Shown here: positions 31,501 through 41,528 of the stretch, piece by piece
Layout of the letters: each line of letters starts with the position of its first letter
How positions within the stretch are numbered: position 1 is the stretch's first letter
Source of the DNA: Desulfosudaceae bacterium
GTDB taxonomy: Bacteria; Desulfobacterota; Desulfobacteria; Desulfobacterales; Desulfosudaceae
Direction of reading: 5' to 3'
DNA length: 64,000 bases
Assembly: GCA_963674745.2 (NCBI GenBank)
Contig: CAXXDV010000001.1
Span: forward strand, 1,696,001-1,760,000
Notes under the pieces: generated by a model
Databases searched by the model: none
Told to the model about the DNA's origin: nothing
The model's input: the letters and a program-made list of their open reading frames with translations, nothing else
Translations under genes and position numbers: made by a program

Positions 31501-34500
31501 AAAGGCGACGGTGGCCCGGCGACAGAAGCATATCTCTACGGGCCGGAAGACATCGCCATAGACAGTCAGGGCAATCTTTATATCGCAGACACGCATAGCA
31601 ACTGCATACGCAAAGTAGATATAAATGGTATCATTACGACCTTTGCTGGAGAAGGTGGTGCGATACACAATGGCTTGAGCGGGGACGGCGGACCGGCGAC
31701 AGAAGCCCGGCTTTATGAGCCAAAAGGCGTAGCAGTTGACGACCAGGGCAATCTGTATATCGCGGATACCCGGAATAACCGTGTACGCAGGGTGGATGCC
31801 AACGGTATTATAACGACTGTAGCGGGAAAAAGCCTTTTTAAAGAAACAGGCGACTACAGCGGTGATGGCGGCCCGGCAATAGCGGCTGAGCTTCATTGGC
31901 CCATGGGGCTTGCCCTTGATCATGAAGGTAATCTTTTTATTGCTGACCGCTATAATCATTGCGTAAGGAAAGTGGATACCAGTGGTATCATCTCCACCGT
32001 GGCTGGAACAGGTGCTTACGGATACAGTGGCGATGGGGGACCGGCCACGGAAGCTAGATTTGAATATGTTGATGATGTCGCAATAGATAACGAGGGTAAT
32101 CTTTTAATCGCAGATAGCGGTAATAATCGCATACGAAAGTTGGATGCCAGCGGAATTGTAACTACCGTCGTAGGGACAGGCGCTTGGTATTGTCTTGGTG
32201 GCGACGGCGGTCCCGCAACTGAAGCGATTATTAATAGTCCGCATGGCATGGTGGTTGATAATCAGGGTAATCTGTTCTTTTCTGACACCGGAAACGAGTG
32301 CATTCGAAGAGTTGACAACTGCGGTATTATTGCCACTATATCCGGGCCCGGTCCTTACGCCTACCTTGGAGACGATGACACGGCAATTGAAGCCGGGTTT
32401 ATAAACCCCAGAGGCCTGGAAATAGACAGCCAGGGCAATATTTTGGTCGCTGATTGTGGCCATAACCGCATTCGCAAAATTGGCCCCCCGTCGATTTTCT
32501 CAACCAGCACTAATTCCGGAGATGTCAGTTTTGCTGACGAAAACGGTTTGGGTTACATAATCGATAGTACCGGGCAACACAAGAAGACAATAGCGCTGAA
32601 TACGGGCACGACACTCCTTACATTCAGTTATGATACTTTTGAGGGGCAACCCTGCCTGACGTCTATCACCGACCGGTTTAACAGGGTGACCCTTATCAAC
32701 CGATATAGTGATGGGACGCCTTATTCAATTGTCTCACCGGACGGCTTGGACACGCTTTTGTCTGTTGATGCCAATAATCATCTTGACCGTATTACCCAGG
32801 CGGATGAAGGAATATACGATTTTATCTATTCCGCAGGAGGCTTGCTGACAAAAAAAACCGAACCGGAAACGACTCATGTATATAATTATAGGTATAACGA
32901 AAACGGCCGGCTGACAGATACCTATGATAACCGGGGAGGTCACTGGAATTTTGGCCGCTATATTGATGAACAAGGGCGGGCGCATACCCGTATCCTCACA
33001 GCTGAAAACAATTTGACAACATACGTGGATCAAAAATACTCCACAGGCCGATTTGCTTCGACCATAACAGGCCCGTCAGGCGGAACGACATACTATAACG
33101 AGTCTGCCGGGGGGTTAACGGTTCAAAAAGAGATGGATTGCGGAATGAACCTTGATTTTATTTATGATGTTGATCCGGAATACAGGTATAAATTTATAAA
33201 AGAGATGACCGAATCAACCCCATCAGGCCTGGTAAGATCAACCCAAAAAAACAAAGACTATCAGGATACCAATGATGATGAAGCCCCTGACATCATCACG
33301 CAAACGGTAACCATGAACGGAAAAACCGCACAGCAGGAAGCTGACCTGCTTGCTTCTGTCATAACAATTGACACGCCTGAAGACCGAACGTTAATCAGCA
33401 CATTTGACCCGGATACCCTGCAGACCACCAGTACCCGGACACCGGGGTTTAACCCGACCGTTTATGCTTATTATACAGATGGCAGATTGGCATCTATCAG
33501 CACAGGCGCCCGCAAGACATCGTTTTTCTATGACCCTGACGGGTACCTTGACGCCATTACGGACCCGAATCATAATACAACTAATTTTGAAAATGATAAG
33601 GCCGGAAGGATTTTGAATATTGACCGGCCGGATACAACCAGCCTGGATTTTTCTTATGATAATAACGGAAACATGATTGTATTAACCAATCCTTCTGACG
33701 TAGATCATGGATTCTCTTTCAATGAAGTCGACCTGCCCGACGCTTATGACACCCCGCTCAGCGGCAGTTATCGTTTCGTCTATGATAAGGACCGCCGGTT
33801 GATCAGGAAGGATTTCCCTTCTGGCAAGTCTATCTATTGGGATTATGCTGATCCCATGAATTCTTCCGATAAGTCGCGGTTATGGCAAATCCAAACACCG
33901 GAATACAATATCGATTATACCTATACCTGTGGCAGCAAGATAGACACCGTAACAAAGGATAACGAATCGATTAATTACAGTTATGACGGCCGACTGATCA
34001 CTTCGGAGACCCTCGCCGGTACGCTCGATCAGACGTTGGCACGCACTTATAATAATGATTTTAATCTGTCGTCCTTGACCTATGCCGGCGCAACCGAAAA
34101 TTGTGCATACGATAATGACGGCCTGCTGACAGGTGCGGGAGATTTTGTCATATCCCGGTTTAACGATCCCGGTATCAATGAAACCGGACTGCCCTATCAT
34201 GTCAGCAATGGTAATTTCAGCCTGAACAGGTCATTTAACGGCTACGGCGAAACCAGCAGTGAGAACGCTGTTGTTAACAGCCAGGATGTGTGTTCCTGGA
34301 ATGTGTTTGCCCGGTATGACGACGGCAGGATCAAAACAAAAACCGAGACCATTGGCGGGGTGACAACCACTTTGGATTACACCTATGATCCCTTGGGACG
34401 GCTTGCAACTGTCACCAAAGACGGTTCTTTGGTTGAAGCGTATGATTATACCAGTCTGCCATATGGCACTTGCACATATCAGATGAACACCCAAAGAGGT

Positions 34501-35601
34501 GTTGCCGGCCGCAGCCTGGATTATGATGATGAAGACCATCTGCTATCAACGGGAGGTGCCAGTTACCAGTATGATTTGGATGGTTTTTTACAGTCCAAAA
34601 CCACGATAGCAGGCACCACCGGTTACGATTATTCATCCCGAGGTGAACTGTTGAGTGTAGATTTGCCGGACGGCACGGCTATAGAATATATTTATGATTC
34701 CTTAGGTCGTAGAATTGCCAAAAAGGTTGATGGGATAATAATTGAAAAATATCTGTGGAGCGGCCTGACGACTTTATTGGCGGTTTATGACGGTGCGGAC
34801 AATCTCCTGATGCGATTCAAATATGCGGATAGTCGCATGCCGGTTGGTCTTGAAAAGGCTGGTGTGGTATATTATCTGACATACGATCAGGTCGGCTCCC
34901 TGCGGGCCGTGGCCGATGCCTCGGGTGATATCGTAAAACAGATCGATTACGACAGCTTCGGATATGTTTTAAACGATACCAACCCGGGCTTTGAAGTGCC
35001 GTTCGGGTTTGCCGGAGGATTGTGTGATCGGGATACAGGACTGGTCAGGTTCGGATACAGGGATTATGATCCGGATACAGGCAGATGGACCGCAAAAGAC
35101 CCGATCGGTTTTGCCGGGGGGGATAGTGATCTTTATGGTTATTGCCTGAATGATCCGATTAATCTTATTGATCCTTACGGACTTGTAAAGTGGGGATCGG
35201 TATTCCAAGGTGGCTTTGCGATGGTAACAGGAGGATTTGCAGTTTGGTTTGGCTCTGCTGCCTCGGCTACAGGGATTGGCGCCATCGGAGGGGTCCCCGC
35301 TGTCATAGGAGGAGCAGCCACATTTGGATGGGGAATGACCGAGTTTATAACCGGGTTTCTCGACTCTGAGACCGATATTGCGACCCCATGTACTGCATCA
35401 TTGACTACATTAGTTATTACAGGTGATATGGAAGCTGCAAAAAAAGCAGATTTAGCTCAAGATATAATATTTTTAGGTTGTGGTTGGGGAAATTTTCTGG
35501 GTAGCCCTCCAACAAATTCAACGTTTTTGGAATTTGGAGGGAAAATCAGTGAATCCGTATACGTTGCTGGAGAAAGCACTGTCCTTGATTCTGGCGAGTA
35601 A
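28522..35601 (+). CDS. Secreted teneurin-like RHS/YD-repeat protein with Ig-like and NHL repeats and variable C-terminus
   Basis: Signal peptide; Ig-like repeats; NHL repeats (GDGGPATEA...IAD); YD shell; RHS core RDYDPDTGRWTAKDPIG...DPYGL. Confidence 0.85.
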   Translation: MFTRLISALFAIFLIVCPLFAHAAENTLLDKTISIGWWHNATAYYKFSANGLSEAALTITNITPEQYYRGWMAINGKWYQLDNEASFSCDITLKESNRIFVAFFGAPDTRLNLKVAPPGPPAPEVIAFTALPETIAQGEVSTLSWETENAELVTIEPDIGPVDVNGIHQVVPGDTTTYTIVATGPGGTATGRATVNVIWPAPEVSITAEPDSISYGNSATLSWASTNAETLIIDNGVGDVTTSGSLEVSPEQPTTFTITANGPGGTATADASVSVTYVTPEVSFSATPAAIRAGGRILLEWTTTGATTCSIEPDIGNVALNGAKWVYPTQSTTYTITAGTPDPNAVATAAVSVIVNQPPRVNLSISDEVINYGDTVTLTWSAAPAQKVIFNHGIGQVAPSGSMLLTPEYTTTHTMTAVNTTDDDITSVNHTISVKVLGNPPDSQPEGTFGAQYNDLIPEDASLEYYDPERFVVVTGLVNDINGNPLPDVTASIIDHPEYGTAKTDETGRYAIPAEGGCLVKLCLDKTGYLKSHRKKEASVLDVIVMDTVTLLSRDPAATVINFDGNPETVMTHQSTEVSDEFGTRKCTMVFTGDNQAYSLDEYGNVLTQLSSITTRATEYEIPASMPAILPPTSAYTYCVELEANGFERIKFDKPAICFVDNFLNFDVGTIVPVGYYDFYRTTWVASENGQTVMLLDTDSDGNIDALDADGDNLPDDIDNDGLTADEVAGLDTDTCLPGATYWRFSIDHFSTVDCNFPYGPPEDATIPGELLLLQIDNLEELPKACPTPSGSYVNDRSRIMQEDIPIQGTGMTLHYASNRVIDYKTVIDVPASGDSVPASLKEIIVKCEIAGHVWKKTLAAWPDQKATFIWNGLDFLGRPVKTAVEAHFRIGYVYDGVYYETEENKAFAFAQAGDLPTFIETREELVYWTERKIRIYRQQAISTDELASGWTISSHHHQNLSDLSTLHKGDGSKIKNNIDMITTVAGKGGPTYKGDGGPATEAYLYGPEDIAIDSQGNLYIADTHSNCIRKVDINGIITTFAGEGGAIHNGLSGDGGPATEARLYEPKGVAVDDQGNLYIADTRNNRVRRVDANGIITTVAGKSLFKETGDYSGDGGPAIAAELHWPMGLALDHEGNLFIADRYNHCVRKVDTSGIISTVAGTGAYGYSGDGGPATEARFEYVDDVAIDNEGNLLIADSGNNRIRKLDASGIVTTVVGTGAWYCLGGDGGPATEAIINSPHGMVVDNQGNLFFSDTGNECIRRVDNCGIIATISGPGPYAYLGDDDTAIEAGFINPRGLEIDSQGNILVADCGHNRIRKIGPPSIFSTSTNSGDVSFADENGLGYIIDSTGQHKKTIALNTGTTLLTFSYDTFEGQPCLTSITDRFNRVTLINRYSDGTPYSIVSPDGLDTLLSVDANNHLDRITQADEGIYDFIYSAGGLLTKKTEPETTHVYNYRYNENGRLTDTYDNRGGHWNFGRYIDEQGRAHTRILTAENNLTTYVDQKYSTGRFASTITGPSGGTTYYNESAGGLTVQKEMDCGMNLDFIYDVDPEYRYKFIKEMTESTPSGLVRSTQKNKDYQDTNDDEAPDIITQTVTMNGKTAQQEADLLASVITIDTPEDRTLISTFDPDTLQTTSTRTPGFNPTVYAYYTDGRLASISTGARKTSFFYDPDGYLDAITDPNHNTTNFENDKAGRILNIDRPDTTSLDFSYDNNGNMIVLTNPSDVDHGFSFNEVDLPDAYDTPLSGSYRFVYDKDRRLIRKDFPSGKSIYWDYADPMNSSDKSRLWQIQTPEYNIDYTYTCGSKIDTVTKDNESINYSYDGRLITSETLAGTLDQTLARTYNNDFNLSSLTYAGATENCAYDNDGLLTGAGDFVISRFNDPGINETGLPYHVSNGNFSLNRSFNGYGETSSENAVVNSQDVCSWNVFARYDDGRIKTKTETIGGVTTTLDYTYDPLGRLATVTKDGSLVEAYDYTSLPYGTCTYQMNTQRGVAGRSLDYDDEDHLLSTGGASYQYDLDGFLQSKTTIAGTTGYDYSSRGELLSVDLPDGTAIEYIYDSLGRRIAKKVDGIIIEKYLWSGLTTLLAVYDGADNLLMRFKYADSRMPVGLEKAGVVYYLTYDQVGSLRAVADASGDIVKQIDYDSFGYVLNDTNPGFEVPFGFAGGLCDRDTGLVRFGYRDYDPDTGRWTAKDPIGFAGGDSDLYGYCLNDPINLIDPYGLVKWGSVFQGGFAMVTGGFAVWFGSAASATGIGAIGGVPAVIGGAATFGWGMTEFITGFLDSETDIATPCTASLTTLVITGDMEAAKKADLAQDIIFLGCGWGNFLGSPPTNSTFLEFGGKISESVYVAGESTVLDSGE

Positions 35602-35624
35602 TTTTATAATTTGCGAGTAAAATT

Positions 35625-35825
35625 ATGGATTATTTTATAGCTATCAGCTCATTAGTGTTCTCAATTTATTCTTTGCTTTTATCAAAAAGTAAAAGAAATT
35701 TTTCAAGACTTGTTGAAAATGGTGGTCATGAGTTCGCCCTAAAAACCACAAAAACATTACAGATATGTGGAACCGTCTTGTTTATATTCTCAATGGTATG
35801 GTTCTTAATAGCATTTATAGGGTAA
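35625..35825 (+). CDS. Small 2-TM protein, candidate immunity protein
   Basis: AT-rich, starts 24 bp after RHS stop. Confidence 0.5.
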   Translation: MDYFIAISSLVFSIYSLLLSKSKRNFSRLVENGGHEFALKTTKTLQICGTVLFIFSMVWFLIAFIG

Positions 35826-36159
35826 AGGGACAGTTTGTTTTTGAAACGCCTAAAACGTAAAAATGCCCTTAACTAATGACCTTATACCGCTTTGTTTTTG
35901 GGATGGCGGGCGTGAACAGATAATAAGGTGCCACCGCCGGATCCCCAGTTACATAGAGCCGCCTGGCGGGGAGCGTGGTGCCTTATGACATAATCAAAAT
36001 TATCGGTCGTTGCTGCATTAACGTTTTTTCAAACGATGCAATTGGACGGGAAATAGTGGCCGTGTTGACAAATTATACAAACCATCCTCTCAAGTACTCC
36101 TTCCAAAATGGATAAATGTTGGAGAAAATAATTAGAACAGGTAAATAGGAAATAAAACG

Positions 36160-36449
36160 ATGCCAAGAGGAGCATGACTGGATGCGCCGGGCACATTGCA
36201 TCATGTCATGGTGCGTCGGATCGAGAGGCGCAAAATTATCGACGATAGAGCTCGTTTTATCTCAAGGGCCGGGGAAATTGCACTGTACACCGACAATTCG
36301 GAAGCCGCCGGCACCCGATGCCGGATTTAAGAAAAAGGCTTGCCTGGGAGTTTGTTGGGGACTATGACGTTTCGCTTGCACAGGCCGCTCGCTATCTGGG
36401 CCTGTCAACTTCCGGAGTCGCCCAGATATTGAGGAGAAATAAACATTAG
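36160..36449 (+). pseudogene. Internally deleted REP-associated (Y1 HUH) tyrosine transposase remnant
   Basis: MPRGA*LDAPGTLHHVMVRRIERRKI N-terminus with in-frame stop, joined out of frame to C-terminal HTH VSLAQAARYLGLSTSGVAQIL. Confidence 0.65.
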
Positions 36450-36505
36450 TTTGTATGTTTTGTTAACAACGTTTCCAACAACCCTGTTAAAAAAAGGATT
36501 CTTCA

Positions 36506-36988
36506 ATGTCAGAAAATAAATCTCAAGTTACCAAAGCCTTCCAGTCCTGGGTTATCACCTTTTCAGTCTTATTCTTCGCTCTGTCAGGGACAGTTTTAGC
36601 CCTTGTATGTATATACGCATTACCAGATAAGACAGTACGTCCTTTTTTAGGCGGTTTGATTTTTTGTGGAGGCTCTTTTGTCTTAATCGCACTTCTGATT
36701 ATCCATTGGAAAAAAGATATCGCCATACTTCCAAACAATCAAATCATGGTTAAAGAAAATCTGTCCGATAAAATCCTTAAGTGGATTACAACTCTTTTTT
36801 GTTTTGGTTTTTCGTTTTGGGGACTCGCTATAGCGCTTATTTGTATTTATGCTCTGCCAGACAAGACCTTTCAACCTAAAACAGGGGCTATTTATTTTTT
36901 GGGAAGTGCTTTTGTCATAGCAAGCCTTGTTTTTGTAGTATGGAAAAACTGGAAAACAAAAATAGGGTGTCATAGCGTGAAAGAATAA
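36506..36988 (+). CDS. Hypothetical 4-TM membrane protein with internal duplication
   Basis: CIYALPDKT occurs twice; RBS AAGGA. Confidence 0.65.
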   Translation: MSENKSQVTKAFQSWVITFSVLFFALSGTVLALVCIYALPDKTVRPFLGGLIFCGGSFVLIALLIIHWKKDIAILPNNQIMVKENLSDKILKWITTLFCFGFSFWGLAIALICIYALPDKTFQPKTGAIYFLGSAFVIASLVFVVWKNWKTKIGCHSVKE

Positions 36989-37453
36989 GGGCCGTTCTTT
37001 TCAAAACACAAAAAATTGCGCTCATTTACACCTACGACATTTTATTGAAAATCGTTTAATCTTTGTCCTTTCACAAAGTTAGTTTCTGATGGGGGTAAAA
37101 TTGTAATATTCCTTCAAAGAAAGAGATGGTCATGGAAATAGCACAAGGCATAACCGAATCTAAACGGCCCATAAATTTTGATTTCTGAAGGAATGGTCAT
37201 AAATGAAAATTAGGGGAATAATTAATTTAATAGGGGCATTAGCTGCATTTTATGCCTCCTGGAAATTTTATTGCTACTATACCGGTTGTTTAAAATTATC
37301 GGATGAAAAATAAAAGCGGCGTCAGATAATTGTGAGTAAATATGGATGGCTTCTTGTATTAATAATTATCGTCATTTTAATTGCTGGTTTAGACCTCTTA
37401 ACATTAGCGTTTTAGACGGGGGGAGGGACGTGTAATCTCCCGGGTTTAATTTT

Positions 37454-37717
37454 TTATTTGAGAAATGCCCTGATCTTCTCTTCCAGATCCTCTGCAAAAA
37501 CGTTACATGTCGTTTGTATCTGGAGTTCCAGTTCGGCCGGATCGTTTCCGTATTCTCTATGGAGTCCGGAAGCCATAAGACTGGCAATAAAGACCGTAAC
37601 GGTATTGTAAATCAGCTGTTCATCAGTTCCATCTATATCCATGTTTTGAAACAGCTGGCCAAAGGCATTAAAGAGTTGGTCAAGGTCGATTTCAATACCG
37701 TCCATATCGATTATCAT
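37454..37717 (-). CDS. Hypothetical acidic protein
   Basis: AAAGGA RBS; 87 aa. Confidence 0.5.
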   Translation of the reverse strand: MIIDMDGIEIDLDQLFNAFGQLFQNMDIDGTDEQLIYNTVTVFIASLMASGLHREYGNDPAELELQIQTTCNVFAEDLEEKIRAFLK

Positions 37718-37852
37718 AGGGAGTCCTTTTGGTGGTTTAGTTTAGGCGTTTAGGATATAATCAGGAGAACATAGTTTGAGTAGAGATTCAAGTTAATTGT
37801 AAAGACCGTAACGCAGTTGACACTCTGAAGAAGTTCAAGGGCATCAAAACTC

Positions 37853-38146
37853 ATGGCGTGGCATATTTACATCCTGCGGAATGATAGAAACGCTCTTTAT
37901 ACCGGCGTCGCCATAAACCCCGTTGCCAGATACTACGAGCACCTTGAGGGCGGCAAAAAAGCGGCCAAATACACGAGATCTTCCAGATCACTGGAACTGG
38001 TTTATACCATTGCGGCGGATTCAAAAAGTGATGCCTACAAAATCGAATCGGCAATCAAGCGCCTGACAAAAGATCGAAAAGAATATATCGTCGCCATGCA
38101 GCCAGACCTAACGGGACTCAAAGGTATTCTTTTTACAAAGACATGA
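37853..38146 (+). CDS. GIY-YIG nuclease family (UPF0213)
   Basis: WHIYIL...LYTG...H...AAKYTR, E..IKRL. Confidence 0.85.
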   Translation: MAWHIYILRNDRNALYTGVAINPVARYYEHLEGGKKAAKYTRSSRSLELVYTIAADSKSDAYKIESAIKRLTKDRKEYIVAMQPDLTGLKGILFTKT

Positions 38147-38414
38147 AATCGAAACACACATCAGCTTTTTACATGAGATGGGCGTTTCGGGCGGCGCCTC
38201 CTCCCCTCCGCTCCCAGTTGACACCCCCGCCATAATCAATTATAGAAATCCTATCGGGGGATGAAAAACAATCCAATCAAAATAAGAGACAACCAAGGAG
38301 GGCGTGTTTTTGAACAGCCGGGGGGTTGAAACATTAACCATTTTTAAGTCAGTCTGTGGAAGCCCTGGTGCCCTCTGGCTGAAGACTTTCAGGAGTGCTT
38401 ATATAAAGAGAGTA

Positions 38415-39266
38415 ATGAACAAAACAATAATTACTACAACTGCTCTGCTTTTCTGTCTGAGTCTTTATTTAACAGCCTTTGCCGTATCTACACAAGTTAG
38501 GATTGATAGTGATCTTTCCAAAGGCAAACCTATTGTTATTCAGGTCTCGGTTGCTCTCGCGGATAACAAAAACCAATGGATAGTACCTGTGCCAGAAGAA
38601 ATCGGGAATGGCCAGGATCCTCGAACAAACCTTTATTGGGGTGCTCTATACGGTTTAAAAACCTATATGACAAAAAAGGCGGGCTGGAAAAAACTAGCAT
38701 CCGTTCAAGTCAATGACGAACGAATTTTGGAAAGATTGGTTCTGAAGAAGCATTTCATACGTAAAGGGAAATCAGTTCTTGTCTATCTAGTTGCTGACGC
38801 TTGGGATGGAAAATATATTGTCGATACGATCAAACAATTTATACGTTACAACGCAGGTTATGATGTGTTTAGTGTGAACGCGGATGGCAAAAAAATATAT
38901 GCTGGCGGGAAAGCACATCTAATAGTGTACATAGGACACAATGCACTAATGGATTATGGGGGGATAAAAAGCATTCTGTTTTCTGAGCAAGAATCAGCAA
39001 AAGACAATCCAGATAATGATTCCATAGTGCTGGCCTGTAAAAGCCAGCCATATTTTTCCTCTCGCTTAAAAGAAGTTAAGGCGCATCCCTTAGTATTGAC
39101 CACAGGCCTCATGGCTCCGGAAGCGTATTCACTTCATTCGGCAATTGAACAATGGATTGCCGGTGCCAGTGATGTTCAGGTCAGGAAAGCGGCTGCTGGC
39201 AGCTACAGCAAATATCAAAAGATTTCTGTTAAGGCGGCTGAACGATTGTTCGGCGGCAGGCAATAA
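38415..39266 (+). CDS. Hypothetical exported protein
   Basis: Signal peptide from MNKTII; NLYWG, YIGHN, LACKS, LMAPEAY. Confidence 0.6.
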   Translation: MNKTIITTTALLFCLSLYLTAFAVSTQVRIDSDLSKGKPIVIQVSVALADNKNQWIVPVPEEIGNGQDPRTNLYWGALYGLKTYMTKKAGWKKLASVQVNDERILERLVLKKHFIRKGKSVLVYLVADAWDGKYIVDTIKQFIRYNAGYDVFSVNADGKKIYAGGKAHLIVYIGHNALMDYGGIKSILFSEQESAKDNPDNDSIVLACKSQPYFSSRLKEVKAHPLVLTTGLMAPEAYSLHSAIEQWIAGASDVQVRKAAAGSYSKYQKISVKAAERLFGGRQ

Positions 39267-39384
39267 ACAACGCAGGCCGGTCAGGGCAGTCGGGCAAAAA
39301 CGAATTGAAGGCTTTAAATGATGAAAAGGGCAATTTAATAAAATATTCTGCTGTTAATTAAGTGGAAGGGCTGTCTGGTTTCGC

Positions 39385-40509
39385 ATGTACAAATTCGTTA
39401 ATATTTACATTGTTTTTTTTCTGGTCAGCGGCATCTTACCCCTGGTAGAGGTTATGCTGTATCAGCTTTTCTGGATTCAGCGGTTACCGGCAATTTCCTG
39501 GACTGTGGCCCTTCTCCCCCTGATTCTTTCCTTCCCGATCTACCTTATTCTTGGCTGTATGCGCAACTTTCCTAAACGGGTTGTGTTGCCTATGGCCTTG
39601 TTCATGGCCTGGAAGCATCTCTTTTATGCGCTGCCTGTTCCGTTTTTTCTGGGCTTTAGCAATACCAATATCCTTTTGACGCTGATGCACCCTTGCCTGG
39701 GTATCGTGGCGCTTGTCCTTTTGAGATACGCCGGAGAAAACGGTCATTGGCTATACAGACGGTCGGATTTTGAACACGTGAGGTTTCGTTGGAAACGATT
39801 ATGCGGTTTCGCCGCTGCAAATGTACTTCTCATTATCCCTTTGGTCGGAGTCTATCTTGCCGTTTCTCTCAGTGTGGGGCTTTCTTATCTGTCTCATGGG
39901 TTTTTGCATTTCGGGTTTGAAGGGATCTCGGTCGAGGCCCGCACGTATCTTTATCAAGGAAAGAATATCATTCTCCTCCCCACGGCTCATATTGCCAAAG
40001 CGGATTTTTACGATAAGCTGGTTGCGTCTTTGCCTGCAGGAAACACCGTGGTGATTCCAGAGGGCGTTACGGATAAGAACAAACTGCTTGAGCATGGATT
40101 GAACTATGAAAAGCTGGCGGGCAGTCTGGGGCTTGAGGCTCAGGATAATCAAAAGATAGTAGCTGATCGACACACGAAACAATGTGATGTTGATATCAGT
40201 GATTTTTCCTGGGAGATAATCGATTGTCTTCGTTCGTTTTCCAGCGCATCCCGATACTGGTCGTCCGGAAAACGGCTGAGGGCTTTGCAGCAGTTCTTTT
40301 CCACTCCGAATCCGGATCCAGAATTGTTTTTCCGGGAATTGTTGGAACTTCGAAATCTTCGTGTTACTGAATGCATTGCTGATTGTCTGCAAGCGTATGA
40401 TAATATAGTCATTCCCTGGGGTGCTGCACACATGCCCGGTATCGAAAGAGCTATTCTGGCATGGGATGGTATTATTGCAGAGCGCAGAACAATCCTGATT
40501 TGGGGGTGA
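39385..40509 (+). CDS. Hypothetical membrane protein with C-terminal soluble domain (TraB/GumN-like motifs)
   Basis: Several N-terminal TM helices; AHIA...FY, PEG, WGAAHMPGI. Confidence 0.55.
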   Translation: MYKFVNIYIVFFLVSGILPLVEVMLYQLFWIQRLPAISWTVALLPLILSFPIYLILGCMRNFPKRVVLPMALFMAWKHLFYALPVPFFLGFSNTNILLTLMHPCLGIVALVLLRYAGENGHWLYRRSDFEHVRFRWKRLCGFAAANVLLIIPLVGVYLAVSLSVGLSYLSHGFLHFGFEGISVEARTYLYQGKNIILLPTAHIAKADFYDKLVASLPAGNTVVIPEGVTDKNKLLEHGLNYEKLAGSLGLEAQDNQKIVADRHTKQCDVDISDFSWEIIDCLRSFSSASRYWSSGKRLRALQQFFSTPNPDPELFFRELLELRNLRVTECIADCLQAYDNIVIPWGAAHMPGIERAILAWDGIIAERRTILIWG

Positions 40510-40650
40510 TTCTCCCAAGGACAAGAATTGCCAAACTCACATGAGCCGCCCGGATCACGTCAACTACGAATGGTCATCCAAGACCAAAGTTTGGCTTGAA
40601 TGTCTGTTGGGCAGTCTCCTTGTTTATACCGATCCCCCCTTTTTCACCTC

Positions 40651-40686
40651 AAACTCAATATATAATAGCCATAATATATTGAGTTT
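40651..40686. repeat. 13-10-13 palindrome AAACTCAATATAT-N10-ATATATTGAGTTT
   Basis: Perfect 13-bp arms; degenerate copy at 46934-46969. Confidence 0.6.
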
Positions 40687-41048
40687 CGACCATTTTTTGC
40701 CGTAACTGGCTGTTTTTCGGTGGCAAATCGACAAAAAACTCAATACAAAACGATATGGTTATTTTATAGAGAATCCATAGGTCACAAAATTTGATTCTCT
40801 TCACACCTCTTTAAGCTCTGCCTAACAGGGCTATTAATAATAAAAAACCGGAATTAAAGAGTCGGTCTGTATAACATCCCAAATCGGCACAAAACACAGA
40901 CCGGTTGAACAATGCTCACTGTGTCAAGTGACGTTACATTTCTTATAATGGTTTGATAACAAAAGATATCGTTGATTTCTTCGAAATGATGTGATTTTAT
41001 TTAATAACAACTTTAAATCTTCACTAAATCAGAAAACGGGACAAAAGG

Positions 41049-41079
41049 CAGACCGACTACATAATTACTAATGTTAGGT
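41049..41079 (+). mobile_element. Putative attI-like first junction of cassette array
   Basis: G/TTAGGTG at 41073 is complementary to CACCTAAC ending cassette 1; no attC hairpin upstream. Confidence 0.5.
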
Positions 41080-41088
41080 GACCAATAA

Positions 41089-41394
41089 ATGTCACTATTT
41101 TCAAAAAAGATAATACAGCAAGATGATCCAGAATTAATCGATGCCCTGCAAAAATTTGTAGGTGCATTCGAAGTTGTGTTCCGTCATGATTGGGAATACA
41201 CCAAAATAATGATTGGGGATGAAGAAAAAGGATGTAACTTTATCGAGCCCGGGTTGGAAGACGAAACAGAGGACTGGGGTGCAAGAGGAGCCTTGTTGGA
41301 AAGTTATCGTCATCTTCTCAAATTAATGTCACAACGAGAAATAGAACCCATCTTACCATTTCCAATCAGCGACTTTCTAAAATTAAATAAATGA
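41089..41394 (+). CDS. Cassette 1 hypothetical protein
   Basis: ORF fills space between GTTAGGT and attC1. Confidence 0.7.
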   Translation: MSLFSKKIIQQDDPELIDALQKFVGAFEVVFRHDWEYTKIMIGDEEKGCNFIEPGLEDETEDWGARGALLESYRHLLKLMSQREIEPILPFPISDFLKLNK

Positions 41395-41397
41395 ATC

Positions 41398-41522
41398 ACC
41401 TAACAACGCCACTCACACAGACTCGCAGGGGCGGCCTGCCTTAGTCTTGGCATAGTGTGGTGTTGAAATAACATTTAGCGAAGTCCGCAAACCCTGCTCG
41501 CCGGTGGTGGCGGACGTTAGGT
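41398..41522 (+). mobile_element. attC1 (125 bp)
   Basis: ACCTAAC-AACGCCACTCAC...GCAGGG...CCCTGC...GTGGTGGCGGAC-GTTAGGT. Confidence 0.88.
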
Positions 41523-41528
41523 TCCAGA

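Noticed and set aside
36175..36177. In-frame TGA as selenocysteine
   Set aside because: Position fits a CGA-to-TGA nonsense change in a deleted pseudogene
40520..40615. Possible attC remnant ending GTTGGGC
   Set aside because: No clear R'' box; pairing too weak
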